Shown here in pieces: positions 17,389 through 26,618 of a stretch of 64,000 bases of DNA. The stretch covers positions 25,130-89,129 of the forward strand of contig JAJRVP010000021.1 of NCBI GenBank assembly GCA_024277205.1, written 5' to 3'. Numbering within the stretch: position 1 is the stretch's first letter; every line of letters starts with the position of its first letter. The notes under the pieces were generated by a model. The model ran no database searches. It saw nothing but the letters and a program-made list of their open reading frames with translations, and had not been told where the DNA came from. This stretch comes from an archaeon. GTDB lineage: Archaea > Nanobdellota > Nanobdellia > CSSed11-243R1. The position numbers and the translations under genes are program-made.

Positions 17389-19707
17389 ATGCTTAAAGAA
17401 AAAAGGTGGAAAAAGGAATTTGAAAAAGAACTAAGTGAATTTTGGAATAAAAAGGGTATTTATGAATTTAAATTATCCAAAGATGTTTTTTCAATAGATA
17501 CACCGCCGCCATACCCTTCTGGAAAGCCGTGGCACATTGGGGCTGTTGCACATTATTCTCAGATAGATATGATTGCAAGAACTGCTCGAATGTTTGGTAA
17601 AAATGTTCTGTTTCCAATTGGTATTGACAGAAATGGTTTGCCAGTTGAACTTTATACTGAAAAAAAATACAAAATACAAATGCATAAAATTCCACGTGAA
17701 AAATTTATTGAGTATTGTAGAAAATCGCTTGATGATTTAGAAGAATATATTGTTAACATAATGCATATCATAGGGTTTAGTGCTGATTTTAAAAATCATA
17801 GATACAGAACAGATTCTGAAGAATACAGAAAATTAACACAAGCAACTTTTATTGAATTGTGGAATAAGGGACTAATTTATGAAGCCACTCGCCCGAATAA
17901 TTATTGTATTAAAACAAAAACCACAATTGCAGATGCAGAGATTGAATACAAAGAGATAGAGACTAATCTTATCTACATAAAGTTCAAAACTGAAGATGAA
18001 AAAGAAATAGTAGTCGCAACAACAAGGCCAGAACTTCTTGGCGCTTGTGCAGCAATTCTTTACAATCCTAATGATGAAAGGTATAAAGGTTTGAAAGGGA
18101 ATGCTATAGTTCCAATTTATAATCACAAAGTTCCCATTATTGCACATCCTTATGCAAAGCCAGAATTTGGAACAGGAATGGTTATGATTTGTTCTTATGG
18201 AGATTATGCTGATGTAAGAATATTTAGAGAACTAAAACTTCCAGAGAAAATTTTAATTGATGAAAATGGTAGGATGAATGAAAACGCTGGAAAATATGAG
18301 GGATTAACTGTAAAAGAAGCAAGAGAAAAAATAACTGAAGATTTACAAGAACTTGGTGTTGTAAAAAAGATTGAAAAAATAATGCATAGAACACCGTTCT
18401 CAGAAAGAGGAAAACACCCAATTGAGATAATTCCCATGAAAGAATACTACTTAAAACAAATTCCTTTTTTAGATGAAGTAAGAAAATGTGCTGAAAAAAT
18501 TAAATTTCATCCTGAATATTACAAACAATTATTGTTTGATTGGATAAACTCAGTCACAATGGATTGGCCAATAACAAGAAGGAGATTTTATGGAACTGAA
18601 GTTCCAATATGGTATTGTAAGAAATGTAATGAACCTCACGTTCCAGAGCCAGAAAAATACTATCAACCTTGGAAAGATAAAGCTCCTTTTAAAAAATGTA
18701 AAAAATGTGGCTCAAAAGAGTTTTATGGTGATGAAAGAACTTTTGATACTTGGATGGACTCAAGTATCTCTGCACTTTTTATTTCAGGATATAAGAGAAA
18801 TGAGGAACTCTTCAAACAAGCATTTCCAGTATCCTTGCGTCCTCAAGCAAAAGACATAATCCGGACTTGGTTGTATTACACAATTCTTAGAACATATCAG
18901 CTAACAAATAAGTGTGTGTTTGAACATGTTTGGATTAGTGGATATGGTGTTGATGAACATGGCAAAAAAATGAGTAAATCTCTTGGTAATGTTGTTGACC
19001 CAGTTCCTGTTATTGAAAAATATGGCGCAGATAATTTTAGATTTTGGAATGCTGCAGAAACAAATGTTGGCTCAGATTTTAGATATTCAGAATCAAGACT
19101 TGAAGCTGCAAAAAGATTCTTAACAAAACTCTGGAATGTTTCAAGATTTATTTCATCATTTGAGCTAAGTGATGGTGAGGTTGAATTAATGCCAACTGAT
19201 AAATGGATTTTAGCTGAACTAAACAAAACAATTGAAAAAAGCAAAAGGGGTTATGATGACTTTAATTTCTTTGTCCCAGCAAATGAAATAAAACATTTTG
19301 CTTGGAGCATATTTGCTGACCATTACATTGAAATGGTTAAGGCGAGAGCATACAATAAAGAGGGGCTCTTCACAGAAGCACAACAAAGAGGTGCAATTAA
19401 AACACTTTATAATGTTTTAGAAAATGTATTAAAACTCCTTGCACCAATTTGCCCATTTATTACTGAAAAAATTTGGCTTGAAATCTTCTCAAAAGAATCA
19501 ATACACAAACAAAGATTCCCAGAACAAATTGAAACAGAAGATACTTTAACAGAATTCACAGAAAAAATAATTGAATTCAATTCTGAGATTTGGAAAACGA
19601 AAAAAGATATGGGATTGTCCTTAAATGCTGAAATTGAAGGGGTAGAGATTCCAAAAGAGCTCACCATATTCTCAGAAGATTTGGTTAGGATGCATAAAAT
19701 TATTTGA
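17389..19707 (+). CDS. valS: Valyl-tRNA synthetase
   Basis: 772-aa class Ia aaRS. IDTPPPYPSGKPWHIG (archaeal ValRS-type HIGH region), GIDRNGLPVE, a CKKC...CKKCG zinc motif, and KMSKSLGN. Confidence 0.85.
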   Translation: MLKEKRWKKEFEKELSEFWNKKGIYEFKLSKDVFSIDTPPPYPSGKPWHIGAVAHYSQIDMIARTARMFGKNVLFPIGIDRNGLPVELYTEKKYKIQMHKIPREKFIEYCRKSLDDLEEYIVNIMHIIGFSADFKNHRYRTDSEEYRKLTQATFIELWNKGLIYEATRPNNYCIKTKTTIADAEIEYKEIETNLIYIKFKTEDEKEIVVATTRPELLGACAAILYNPNDERYKGLKGNAIVPIYNHKVPIIAHPYAKPEFGTGMVMICSYGDYADVRIFRELKLPEKILIDENGRMNENAGKYEGLTVKEAREKITEDLQELGVVKKIEKIMHRTPFSERGKHPIEIIPMKEYYLKQIPFLDEVRKCAEKIKFHPEYYKQLLFDWINSVTMDWPITRRRFYGTEVPIWYCKKCNEPHVPEPEKYYQPWKDKAPFKKCKKCGSKEFYGDERTFDTWMDSSISALFISGYKRNEELFKQAFPVSLRPQAKDIIRTWLYYTILRTYQLTNKCVFEHVWISGYGVDEHGKKMSKSLGNVVDPVPVIEKYGADNFRFWNAAETNVGSDFRYSESRLEAAKRFLTKLWNVSRFISSFELSDGEVELMPTDKWILAELNKTIEKSKRGYDDFNFFVPANEIKHFAWSIFADHYIEMVKARAYNKEGLFTEAQQRGAIKTLYNVLENVLKLLAPICPFITEKIWLEIFSKESIHKQRFPEQIETEDTLTEFTEKIIEFNSEIWKTKKDMGLSLNAEIEGVEIPKELTIFSEDLVRMHKII

Positions 19708-20077
19708 TTGTTTTAAATGGAGAATATTCAATTATTTGAGGATTCTTTCCGAACCTAGCGCCATAATATAAAAGGGGTTCGTCTATTTTATCTTTCAATG
19801 TATTTAAGGCACTAAGAACATTGGGCATGTCCTCAACAACATCATCCAAAGTGCGATCAGTGCCCTTTAGATAAGAATACAAATATTGTTTTGGAAAATT
19901 TTTCTTCCACAATACCACTAATGCAAAAAGGATTTCTTCGAAATCATTTGAATATTTTTCCTTTAATTTATCTAAAAGCCAAAGTTTGTACTCATCGTCT
20001 CTTATTGGAGCAATATCCTCTTTACTAATGCGAGTTTTAGGAGGATTGATAAAGTAAGGGGCTATTGTATCTTTCAT
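19700..20077 (-). CDS. Hypothetical protein
   Basis: 125-aa ORF converging on and overlapping the valS stop by 8 nt. No recognisable motif. Confidence 0.45.
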   Translation of the reverse strand: MKDTIAPYFINPPKTRISKEDIAPIRDDEYKLWLLDKLKEKYSNDFEEILFALVVLWKKNFPKQYLYSYLKGTDRTLDDVVEDMPNVLSALNTLKDKIDEPLLYYGARFGKNPQIIEYSPFKTIK

Positions 20078-20170
20078 ATATAATAATTATTAAAAATGAT
20101 TTATTATCCTATCGAAAATATTTTAGTAATTATAAAAGTTTAAAAACCCCTCTAAAATTGATTTATTAAA

Positions 20171-21262
20171 ATGGACGAAGAACATTACAAACTCAAAAAA
20201 CTTGTAAACAAATTAGAAAAAATTAGAGGTAGGCATACTGAATTAGTTAGTGTTTATATTCCTGCTGGGCACAATCTTGATGCTGTTAAAGCGCAGCTTT
20301 ATTCTGAAGCAGATACTGCATCAAATATTAAATCAAAAACAGTTAGAACAAATGTTATAACAGCAATTGAAAAGATGATTACAGAATTAAAAAAATATAA
20401 AAAAACACCAGAAAATGGAATGGTTTTATTCTCTGGAAATGTTTCTGATGTCGAAGGAAAACCAGATTTTAAAATTTGGGTTATCCATCCACCAGAACCA
20501 ATTAATGTAAAGCTTTACAGGTGTGATTCTTTTTTTGTTCTTGAACCCTTAAAAGAAATGCTTGAAGCTAAGCACACATATGGATTAATTGTACTTGACC
20601 ACAAAGATGCAAACATCGCACTTCTAAAAGGAAAAAGCATAATTGAACTGAATAACATGCATTCTTTTGTTCCTGGAAAAATGAAAGCTGGGGGACAGTC
20701 AGCACCAAGATTTCAAAGGGAAAGACAAGAAGAAATAAAACAATTTTTTAAAAAAATTGCGGATAGAGCAGCAGGTTCTTTTTCAGATGTTAAAAACTTA
20801 ACAGGTATTTTAATTGGTGGCCCTGGTCCTGCTAAAGAAGATTTTTACCATGGGGCATTCTTACCAGAAAACCTAAAGAAAAAGGTTATTGCTGTTAAAG
20901 ATATAAGCGATACTGGAAGTCAGGGATTAAGACAACTTGTTTTAAAAAGTGGAGAAGTTCTTGCCCAAGAGGAGATAATTGCAGAGAAAAAAATTCTGGA
21001 TGAATTTTTCAGACATCTTGCAAAAGATGATGGTTTTGCATCCTATGGAGAATATGAAGTAAAGAAAAATCTTGAAAATGGAAGTGTTGAAAAATTGTTG
21101 CTCTCTGAGGCTTTGCCTGAAGAAAAAATTGAAAAATTCTCTGAAATTGCAAAACAGTTTGGAACAGAGGTTATTTTGATTTCTGAAGAAACCCAAGAAG
21201 GTGTTCAATTAAGAGAACTTGGGGGTTTTGGAGCAATTCTTAGATACAAAGTAAACCACTAA
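20171..21262 (+). CDS. prf1: Peptide chain release factor aRF1
   Basis: Stop-codon recognition motif TASNIKS and peptidyl-hydrolysis motif GGQSAPRF. Confidence 0.92.
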   Translation: MDEEHYKLKKLVNKLEKIRGRHTELVSVYIPAGHNLDAVKAQLYSEADTASNIKSKTVRTNVITAIEKMITELKKYKKTPENGMVLFSGNVSDVEGKPDFKIWVIHPPEPINVKLYRCDSFFVLEPLKEMLEAKHTYGLIVLDHKDANIALLKGKSIIELNNMHSFVPGKMKAGGQSAPRFQRERQEEIKQFFKKIADRAAGSFSDVKNLTGILIGGPGPAKEDFYHGAFLPENLKKKVIAVKDISDTGSQGLRQLVLKSGEVLAQEEIIAEKKILDEFFRHLAKDDGFASYGEYEVKKNLENGSVEKLLLSEALPEEKIEKFSEIAKQFGTEVILISEETQEGVQLRELGGFGAILRYKVNH

Positions 21263-21324
21263 TTAGCAATATTTATTAATAAAGGAATTGTTAAAACAAT
21301 TAATCATAATTTGGAGGTGTTTTC

Positions 21325-21528
21325 ATGGCTATTTTGGCATTAGCAGCGATGGATAAGTTGATTAGAAAGGCTGGAGCAAAAAGAGTAAGTGAAAGTGCAA
21401 AAAAAGCATTAAGAGAGGTGTTAGAAGAATTTGCAGATAAAATCGCAGTAAAAGCAGTAAAACTAGCTCAGCATGGTGGAAGAACAACTGTAAAAGCAGT
21501 AGATATAAAACTTGCAACAAAAACTTAA
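21325..21528 (+). CDS. Archaeal histone (HMf family)
   Basis: 67-aa histone fold: IRKAGAKRVSESAKKALREVLEEFADKIAVKAVKLAQHGGRTTVKAVDIKLA. GGAGGTG Shine-Dalgarno upstream. Confidence 0.9.
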   Translation: MAILALAAMDKLIRKAGAKRVSESAKKALREVLEEFADKIAVKAVKLAQHGGRTTVKAVDIKLATKT

Positions 21529-21554
21529 TAAATAAACAAAAGTGTGAATGAATC

Positions 21555-21941
21555 ATGGAAAAGAAATTCGCAACATTAAATGAATTAAAAGTTGGAAGTT
21601 TTGTATTAATTGATGATGTTCCTTGTAAAGTTGTTTCAACTGTTCATTCAAAACCAGGAAAACATGGGGCTCCAAAAATAAGACTTGAAGCAGTTGGAAT
21701 TGTTGATGGAAGAAGACGTTCAATTGTTTCTTCTGCAGATTCTCGTGTTGAAGTTCCAATTATTGAAAAAAGAAATGCGCAAGTTATCTCAGTTTCTGGT
21801 GATAAAGCAAATGTGATGGATTTAGAATCATTTGAAACATTTGATATTGACATACCAGAAGAATACAAAGATAAAATACAAGAAGGTTCAACAATTCTTT
21901 ATTGGGATGTTGGTGTTAAGTTAATGAAGGGTGTTAAATGA
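21555..21941 (+). CDS. eif5a: Translation initiation factor 5A
   Basis: Hypusination loop SKPGKHGAPKIRLEAVGI, with N-terminal SH3-like and C-terminal OB parts, 128 aa. Confidence 0.9.
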   Translation: MEKKFATLNELKVGSFVLIDDVPCKVVSTVHSKPGKHGAPKIRLEAVGIVDGRRRSIVSSADSRVEVPIIEKRNAQVISVSGDKANVMDLESFETFDIDIPEEYKDKIQEGSTILYWDVGVKLMKGVK

Positions 21942-22307
21942 TTATTCAAAAATAGATTCCACTTTTTTTCTCAGAATTGTATGAGTATATACAATATTCA
22001 AAATGGAATGTGCAAAGAATATGGCACTTAAGACGAATGCTGCATTTCTGCTCAACTCGTTTTCTGTATAAATAGAAATCCCCCCAACAAAAACACCTGC
22101 GCCAGCAGACATAAGGGAATTATAATATGCTCCTAATTCTAAAGCAGAAATAGTATAATTCTTTCCTCTTTTTATAGCACCTCTTGTGAATTCTGATGTT
22201 TCTTTGACGCAATCTTCCAATTTTCTTCCATTCTCAGCATTTTTTATTACCTTCTTCATTTCCCACGTAATTGTTCTGTAATATAACATGCTACGCATTT
22301 TATCCAC
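21942..22307 (-). CDS. Hypothetical membrane protein
   Basis: 121 aa with two hydrophobic segments. Co-directional with and overlapping the upstream gene. Confidence 0.45.
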   Translation of the reverse strand: MDKMRSMLYYRTITWEMKKVIKNAENGRKLEDCVKETSEFTRGAIKRGKNYTISALELGAYYNSLMSAGAGVFVGGISIYTENELSRNAAFVLSAIFFAHSILNIVYTHTILRKKVESIFE

Positions 22308-22656
22308 CTAAATAATTAGCCACTTTTTCAACATCATCAAACTCAATTGTGATGTTCCCTAAGGGGTATTCTTCTTCAACAAAATGAATTTTACCAATTA
22401 CCAAAGTTTGTTTATTTAATTCAAGTTTTGAAGAATTGTTTGTTTTGTTCTTTTCAATTAAATAAAAAATTGTGTTTTTAATTCTTGCATCTTGAATTTT
22501 TTGTTTAACATCGGATAAAATTTCAATGTTTTTTGATTCCCCATAAATTTCTTTCTTTTTCTTTTTGAATTTAATTGGAAAAATTTTTTCTAAAGAACTA
22601 ATTATTTTTTCTTCATTTTCTGTTGGATAAATTGGTGTTGAAATTTTTATTTTCAT
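22300..22656 (-). CDS. UPF0201/COG1931-like putative RNA-binding protein
   Basis: The N-terminus IKISTPIYPTENEEKIISSLEKIFP matches the family signature (V.a.V.PTED.eKV..Al.nlFp). About 118 aa, as in the family. Confidence 0.5.
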   Translation of the reverse strand: MKIKISTPIYPTENEEKIISSLEKIFPIKFKKKKKEIYGESKNIEILSDVKQKIQDARIKNTIFYLIEKNKTNNSSKLELNKQTLVIGKIHFVEEEYPLGNITIEFDDVEKVANYLGG

Positions 22657-23675
22657 GATTCCAACTCTTTGATAATATTTTTTGCCTCAATTACCGGATT
22701 CGGCAAAACAACCCTCCTTGCAATCATCTCAAGCTCACCAGAAAAATCATTTTTTGAAACCCTTCCTTCAATAATTAATTCTCTTCCAAGAATTTGTGGT
22801 TTTTTGTTTTGTACTGGATAAAAGAAATTGTTGTGCTCTTGTGAGAGTTTGTATGCCTCTTCTGCAGACATCCCTAAAATTTGTTCTGCTTGTTTTCCAA
22901 AAAATACAACTCTCATATTATCGCTCCCATCATCAACTATTGTTGATAAGAACATTGATTTCTTTGGTTTGACTTCTCCATGTTCTTCACAAATATTGTT
23001 ATTAACTCTTTTTCTACACTCGGGGCAGATTTCATAAAAAGGATTGTTTTCTAAGATGTTGACAATTGCACCCCTTATTTCATAAACACCTTTCTCAGTG
23101 ATATTTTTGATTTGTACTCTTTGACTTAGTTGCCACAAATCTTCTAAAGGGGGAATTTCTTTAGCTTCCTTAATGTTTGGATTAACATCTATTTTGCTTG
23201 AAGAACGCGCATGAACTTCAATCCCATTCAATCCTTCTTTAACATAGCAATTTGTAATTTTTATTATGTCCCCTTCACTAATCTTATTTTCTTCAATTAA
23301 TTTTATTTGATTTGTATCCCAAAATACAACTCTCATTCTTCCAGTATCATCCCCAACTAAAAAAGAACAGACTTTTCCTTCGTTTCCTTTTTTAGTTTTA
23401 AATTCTTTGGGGGGATAAATTCTTAAAATTCTTGCAACAAAAGAAGTAATTTTTAATCCAGGAACTATGTTTTTTATTTTTTGTAATCCGGATTCTGTTG
23501 TTTTAAAAAGTTGAATTCCAAACTCATTTGCAACTATATGTGCTGCACCTTCTTTTGAAACTAAACCAGAAAGTTCTTCAACTTTTTCATCAATTTTCTT
23601 TTCAATTACTTTTTCATCTAAACCTGTTTTTTCTTTTATCTTTTTTATAATTTCATCTATTGGAATTTTTAACAT
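22653..23675 (-). CDS. rpa: Replication protein A (OB-fold ssDNA-binding protein with zinc ribbon)
   Basis: The N-terminal helical region ends in EGAAHIVANEFG. Two OB-fold-like blocks follow, plus a CPECRKRV...CEEHG zinc motif. First ATG at 23675. Confidence 0.7.
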   Translation of the reverse strand: MLKIPIDEIIKKIKEKTGLDEKVIEKKIDEKVEELSGLVSKEGAAHIVANEFGIQLFKTTESGLQKIKNIVPGLKITSFVARILRIYPPKEFKTKKGNEGKVCSFLVGDDTGRMRVVFWDTNQIKLIEENKISEGDIIKITNCYVKEGLNGIEVHARSSSKIDVNPNIKEAKEIPPLEDLWQLSQRVQIKNITEKGVYEIRGAIVNILENNPFYEICPECRKRVNNNICEEHGEVKPKKSMFLSTIVDDGSDNMRVVFFGKQAEQILGMSAEEAYKLSQEHNNFFYPVQNKKPQILGRELIIEGRVSKNDFSGELEMIARRVVLPNPVIEAKNIIKELES

Positions 23676-23763
23676 AGTAGCACCCAAAGTATTGTTTGAG
23701 TTTGAATTATAAAAAGGTTTGTTTCACAACTATTAAGTAGAAAAATATTTAAAAGATGTTTAG

Positions 23764-24201
23764 ATGCATAAAGGTATGGAAGACTACAAAAAAATAAAGG
23801 GTTTTTTAGAAAAAAATAATGTGCCTGATGAAACACCGGGTGCAATAAAAGTTATTTTGGGAAATTATTGTAATGTGTATGGAAGAGAATTAGGAAAGAG
23901 AATTATTGTTGAAATGGAAGATAGAAAAGCAACAGCATATAGTGATAATGTTGGTATTTTCATGCCTTCTGGTATTGTTGGTAGTGCATTTATCAGCAAA
24001 GAAAACATAGAAGGAGTTTATAATATACCAAGAGATGCAGTAGAAAAGAATAAGCTATTGTGTGAAATATTAAGAGTTGCGCAAGACCCATTTGGATTGG
24101 AAAATAAAGTTGATGACAAAGGTGTAAAAATTACACAACCAGCATATAAAAAACATGGAATTGATAACTCAGAATTTTGGCATCCTGGTGGATTATTCTA
24201 A
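23764..24201 (+). CDS. Hypothetical protein
   Basis: 145-aa ORF followed by T-runs. No recognisable motif. Confidence 0.45.
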   Translation: MHKGMEDYKKIKGFLEKNNVPDETPGAIKVILGNYCNVYGRELGKRIIVEMEDRKATAYSDNVGIFMPSGIVGSAFISKENIEGVYNIPRDAVEKNKLLCEILRVAQDPFGLENKVDDKGVKITQPAYKKHGIDNSEFWHPGGLF

Positions 24202-24214
24202 TTTTTTATTTTTT
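24202..24214 (+). terminator. Oligo-T termination signal
   Basis: TTTTTTATTTTTT immediately after the stop codon. Archaeal RNA polymerase terminates at oligo-T tracts. Confidence 0.4.
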
Positions 24215-24271
24215 GGATTATTTATTTTCCATATAGAAAAAAATTAAAAGGATTTGTTCTTAAAAATTGAT

Positions 24272-24838
24272 ATGCCAAAAGGTAGGCCTGTAAAAACTGA
24301 AATAAGACAAAAAATTGCTACAATTATCAAACAAACAAATATTGCATATGGTTATCAAATCTATAAGATTTACAAAGATGTTTTTGGCCATATTTCTTTG
24401 AGAAATTTATATTACAATCTTAAAAAAGGTGTTGAACTTGGAGAATTTATAATAATGGATATTAAAAGGGAAAAAGGTATGTTCACCTGGGGTGAAGAAG
24501 CAGAACACAAATATTACAGCTTGGGTCCTTATGCTCTTTTTTGGAAATTAACAGATTCCCAGAAGAATAAACTAGATAATTTGAAAACAGTGGAAGTTAA
24601 TATTGATTGGCCAACACAAATTAAAAACCATATATCTAAATTAAAAAAAGATATTGAAAAATTTAATTCTATAAAAGTTCGTTTAAAATATGAAGATAAA
24701 AGAAAAATGAAAAATCAATTAAAAACCAGAATAGAACAATTAAAAGATTGGTTAAAACAAAAGATTGGAAAAAATCCAATACTCAAAACAGAAATTGAAA
24801 ATTTATACAAACTCTTTGATAACTCTCACACACCATGA
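24272..24838 (+). CDS. Putative winged-helix (PadR-like) DNA-binding protein with a coiled-coil tail
   Basis: AYGYQIYKIYKDVFGHISLRNLYYNLKKGVELGEFI resembles the PadR/wHTH recognition region. First ATG at 24272. The gene borders the origin. Confidence 0.4.
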   Translation: MPKGRPVKTEIRQKIATIIKQTNIAYGYQIYKIYKDVFGHISLRNLYYNLKKGVELGEFIIMDIKREKGMFTWGEEAEHKYYSLGPYALFWKLTDSQKNKLDNLKTVEVNIDWPTQIKNHISKLKKDIEKFNSIKVRLKYEDKRKMKNQLKTRIEQLKDWLKQKIGKNPILKTEIENLYKLFDNSHTP

Positions 24839-24904
24839 TTTCACATAGAACATATTCAAAATAAAATCCTCAAAAACAATTTTTTACAAAAAAGAGAAAT
24901 CAAA

Positions 24905-25331
24905 ACACCCCTTTGCTTCTTTTGGAATAAAAAATACACCCCTTTTGTTCTTTTGGAAGAATTTTTAGACCTCCCCCTTATTTCCATTGGAAATTCTGCA
25001 TTTTTAATAATATTTACTCTATTATATATATTATATATATATTTACAATATAGATAATAAATAAAAGAACAATAAATCAAAGAGATTATCGCAAATAAAA
25101 TAATAAATTAAGAATAAATAAGAATATCTAACCAAATACATTGATAACACCCCATTTTCAAATAGAACACTGAAAAAACACCAAATGCAAATGAAATAGG
25201 GGTTATAATCAAATAATAATGTCTAAAAAATGATAATTAGCACTGAAAAATAAAACTATTTCCACAGGAAATAAAGGTATCTGTGTGCCCCACTTGTGTA
25301 TGTTTTTTACACAATTTGTTTCATGTGGAAC
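24905..25331. other. Chromosomal replication origin (oriC) with ORB/mini-ORB dyads flanking an AT-rich unwinding region
   Basis: Left-side elements: ACACCCCTTTGCTTCTTTTGGAA (24905-24927), ACACCCCTTTTGTTCTTTTGGAA (24936-24958) and CCTCCCCCTTATTTCCATTGGAAAT (24970-24994; its reverse complement is TTTCCAATGGAAATAAGGGGGAGG). A nearly pure A/T stretch lies at about 24995-25140 (TATATATATTATATATATATTT). Right-side elements in opposite orientation: AATGAAATAGGGGT (~25190), TTTCCACAGGAAAT (25259-25272) and GTTTCATGTGGAAC (25318-25331). The region sits directly upstream of orc1/cdc6. Confidence 0.8.
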
Positions 25332-25350
25332 GTATATTGTAGTATACAAA

Positions 25351-25364
25351 AGTTTTTATATATT
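25351..25364 (+). promoter_or_regulatory. TATA box for orc1/cdc6 (probably a leaderless mRNA)
   Basis: AGTTTTTATATATT is centred about 26 nt upstream of ATG 25384, and there is no Shine-Dalgarno sequence. Confidence 0.5.
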
Positions 25365-25383
25365 ATATTTTTAAGAGAACAAG

Positions 25384-26589
25384 ATGGGGGTAGCTGTAGA
25401 TAAAATTTTTGAAGAATTCTTAAACAAGAAATCGATTTTTTCTAATAAGGATGCTCTTACAATAAAATATACACCAGACAACATACCTCATAGAGAAGAG
25501 CAAATATCTTCTTTAGCAAAGATTTTAGCACCAGCACTTAGATTAGAAAAACCATCAAATGTATTCATTTATGGAAAAACAGGCTCTGGAAAATCCCTTT
25601 GCACAACATATGTGTGTCAACAATTATTAAAACTTGCTCAAACAAAAAACATTCCCTTAAAAATCATATATATAAATTGTAAAATGAGAAAAGTTGCAGA
25701 TACAGAATATAGATTAATTGCACAATTAGCAAGAGAATTTGGCCAAGAAATTCCAGCCACAGGATTACCAACAGACGAGGTTTATAAAATATTTTTTGAA
25801 GCAATTGATAAAGAAGAAAAATTAATTATTCTTGTTTTAGATGAAGTTGATCAACTTGTAAAGAAATGTGGGGATGAAGTTTTGTATAATTTAACAAGAA
25901 TAAATCAAGAACTTAAAAATGCAAAGATAAATATTGTTGGCATATCAAATGATGTGCTTTTTATGAATAATCTTGACCCAAGAGTTAAATCTTCTTTAAA
26001 TGAAGAGGAGATGGTATTCCCACCATATGACGCCCTTCAACTTAAGGATATTTTAACAGAACGTTCTAAAATTGCATTTAACAATGGTGTAATACCTGAG
26101 TCCGTTATTGCTAAATGTGCTGCTTATGCTGCAAGAGAACATGGGGATGCAAGAAGAGCACTTGATTTGTTAAGAGTTGCAGGAGAACTTGCTGAGAGAG
26201 CAGGAAAAGACAGGATCGAAGAAAAAGATGTGGATAGTGCTGAAGAAAAGATTGAAAAAGAAACAATTGAAGAAATGGTTAAAAAACTACCAAAACAATC
26301 CCAATCTGTTCTTTATGCCGCATTGTTAATATTAAAAAGCAGAGAACCACCAGTGTATACAGGAGAGATATATGATGTTTACAAAAGTATTTGTATAAGA
26401 ACTGCTTCAAAACCATTAACTCAAAGAAGAGTTTCTGATTTGGTATCAGAACTTGATATGCTTGGAATAATAAATGCCAAGGTTATTTCAAAAGGAAGAT
26501 ACGGACGAACTAGAGAAATAAGTTTAAGTGTATCTGATGAAATTGTTAATAAAATTGAAGAGATATTAAAATCAGACCTTGGCTTGTAA
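25384..26589 (+). CDS. cdc6: Orc1/Cdc6 replication initiator
   Basis: AAA+ Walker A GKTGSGKS, Walker B LVLDEVD, and a C-terminal winged helix (GRYGRTREISL). Confidence 0.92.
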   Translation: MGVAVDKIFEEFLNKKSIFSNKDALTIKYTPDNIPHREEQISSLAKILAPALRLEKPSNVFIYGKTGSGKSLCTTYVCQQLLKLAQTKNIPLKIIYINCKMRKVADTEYRLIAQLAREFGQEIPATGLPTDEVYKIFFEAIDKEEKLIILVLDEVDQLVKKCGDEVLYNLTRINQELKNAKINIVGISNDVLFMNNLDPRVKSSLNEEEMVFPPYDALQLKDILTERSKIAFNNGVIPESVIAKCAAYAAREHGDARRALDLLRVAGELAERAGKDRIEEKDVDSAEEKIEKETIEEMVKKLPKQSQSVLYAALLILKSREPPVYTGEIYDVYKSICIRTASKPLTQRRVSDLVSELDMLGIINAKVISKGRYGRTREISLSVSDEIVNKIEEILKSDLGL

Positions 26590-26618
26590 ACTATTAAAAT
26601 CCCTTGAGGGGTATGTGT

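Noticed and set aside
24880-25000. Possible CRISPR-like or tandem repeat array (repeated CTTTTGGAA / ACACCCC motifs). The hairpin modules elsewhere were also considered as CRISPR repeats.
   Set aside because: There are only 2-3 copies with irregular spacing, no unique spacers of constant length and no cas genes. The motifs fit ORB elements here and intron-like modules elsewhere.
24856-25080. ORF of 74 aa on the minus strand in the cdc6 upstream region.
   Set aside because: It lies in the AT-rich unwinding element and ORB repeats of the origin. The translation is Y/I/N low complexity.
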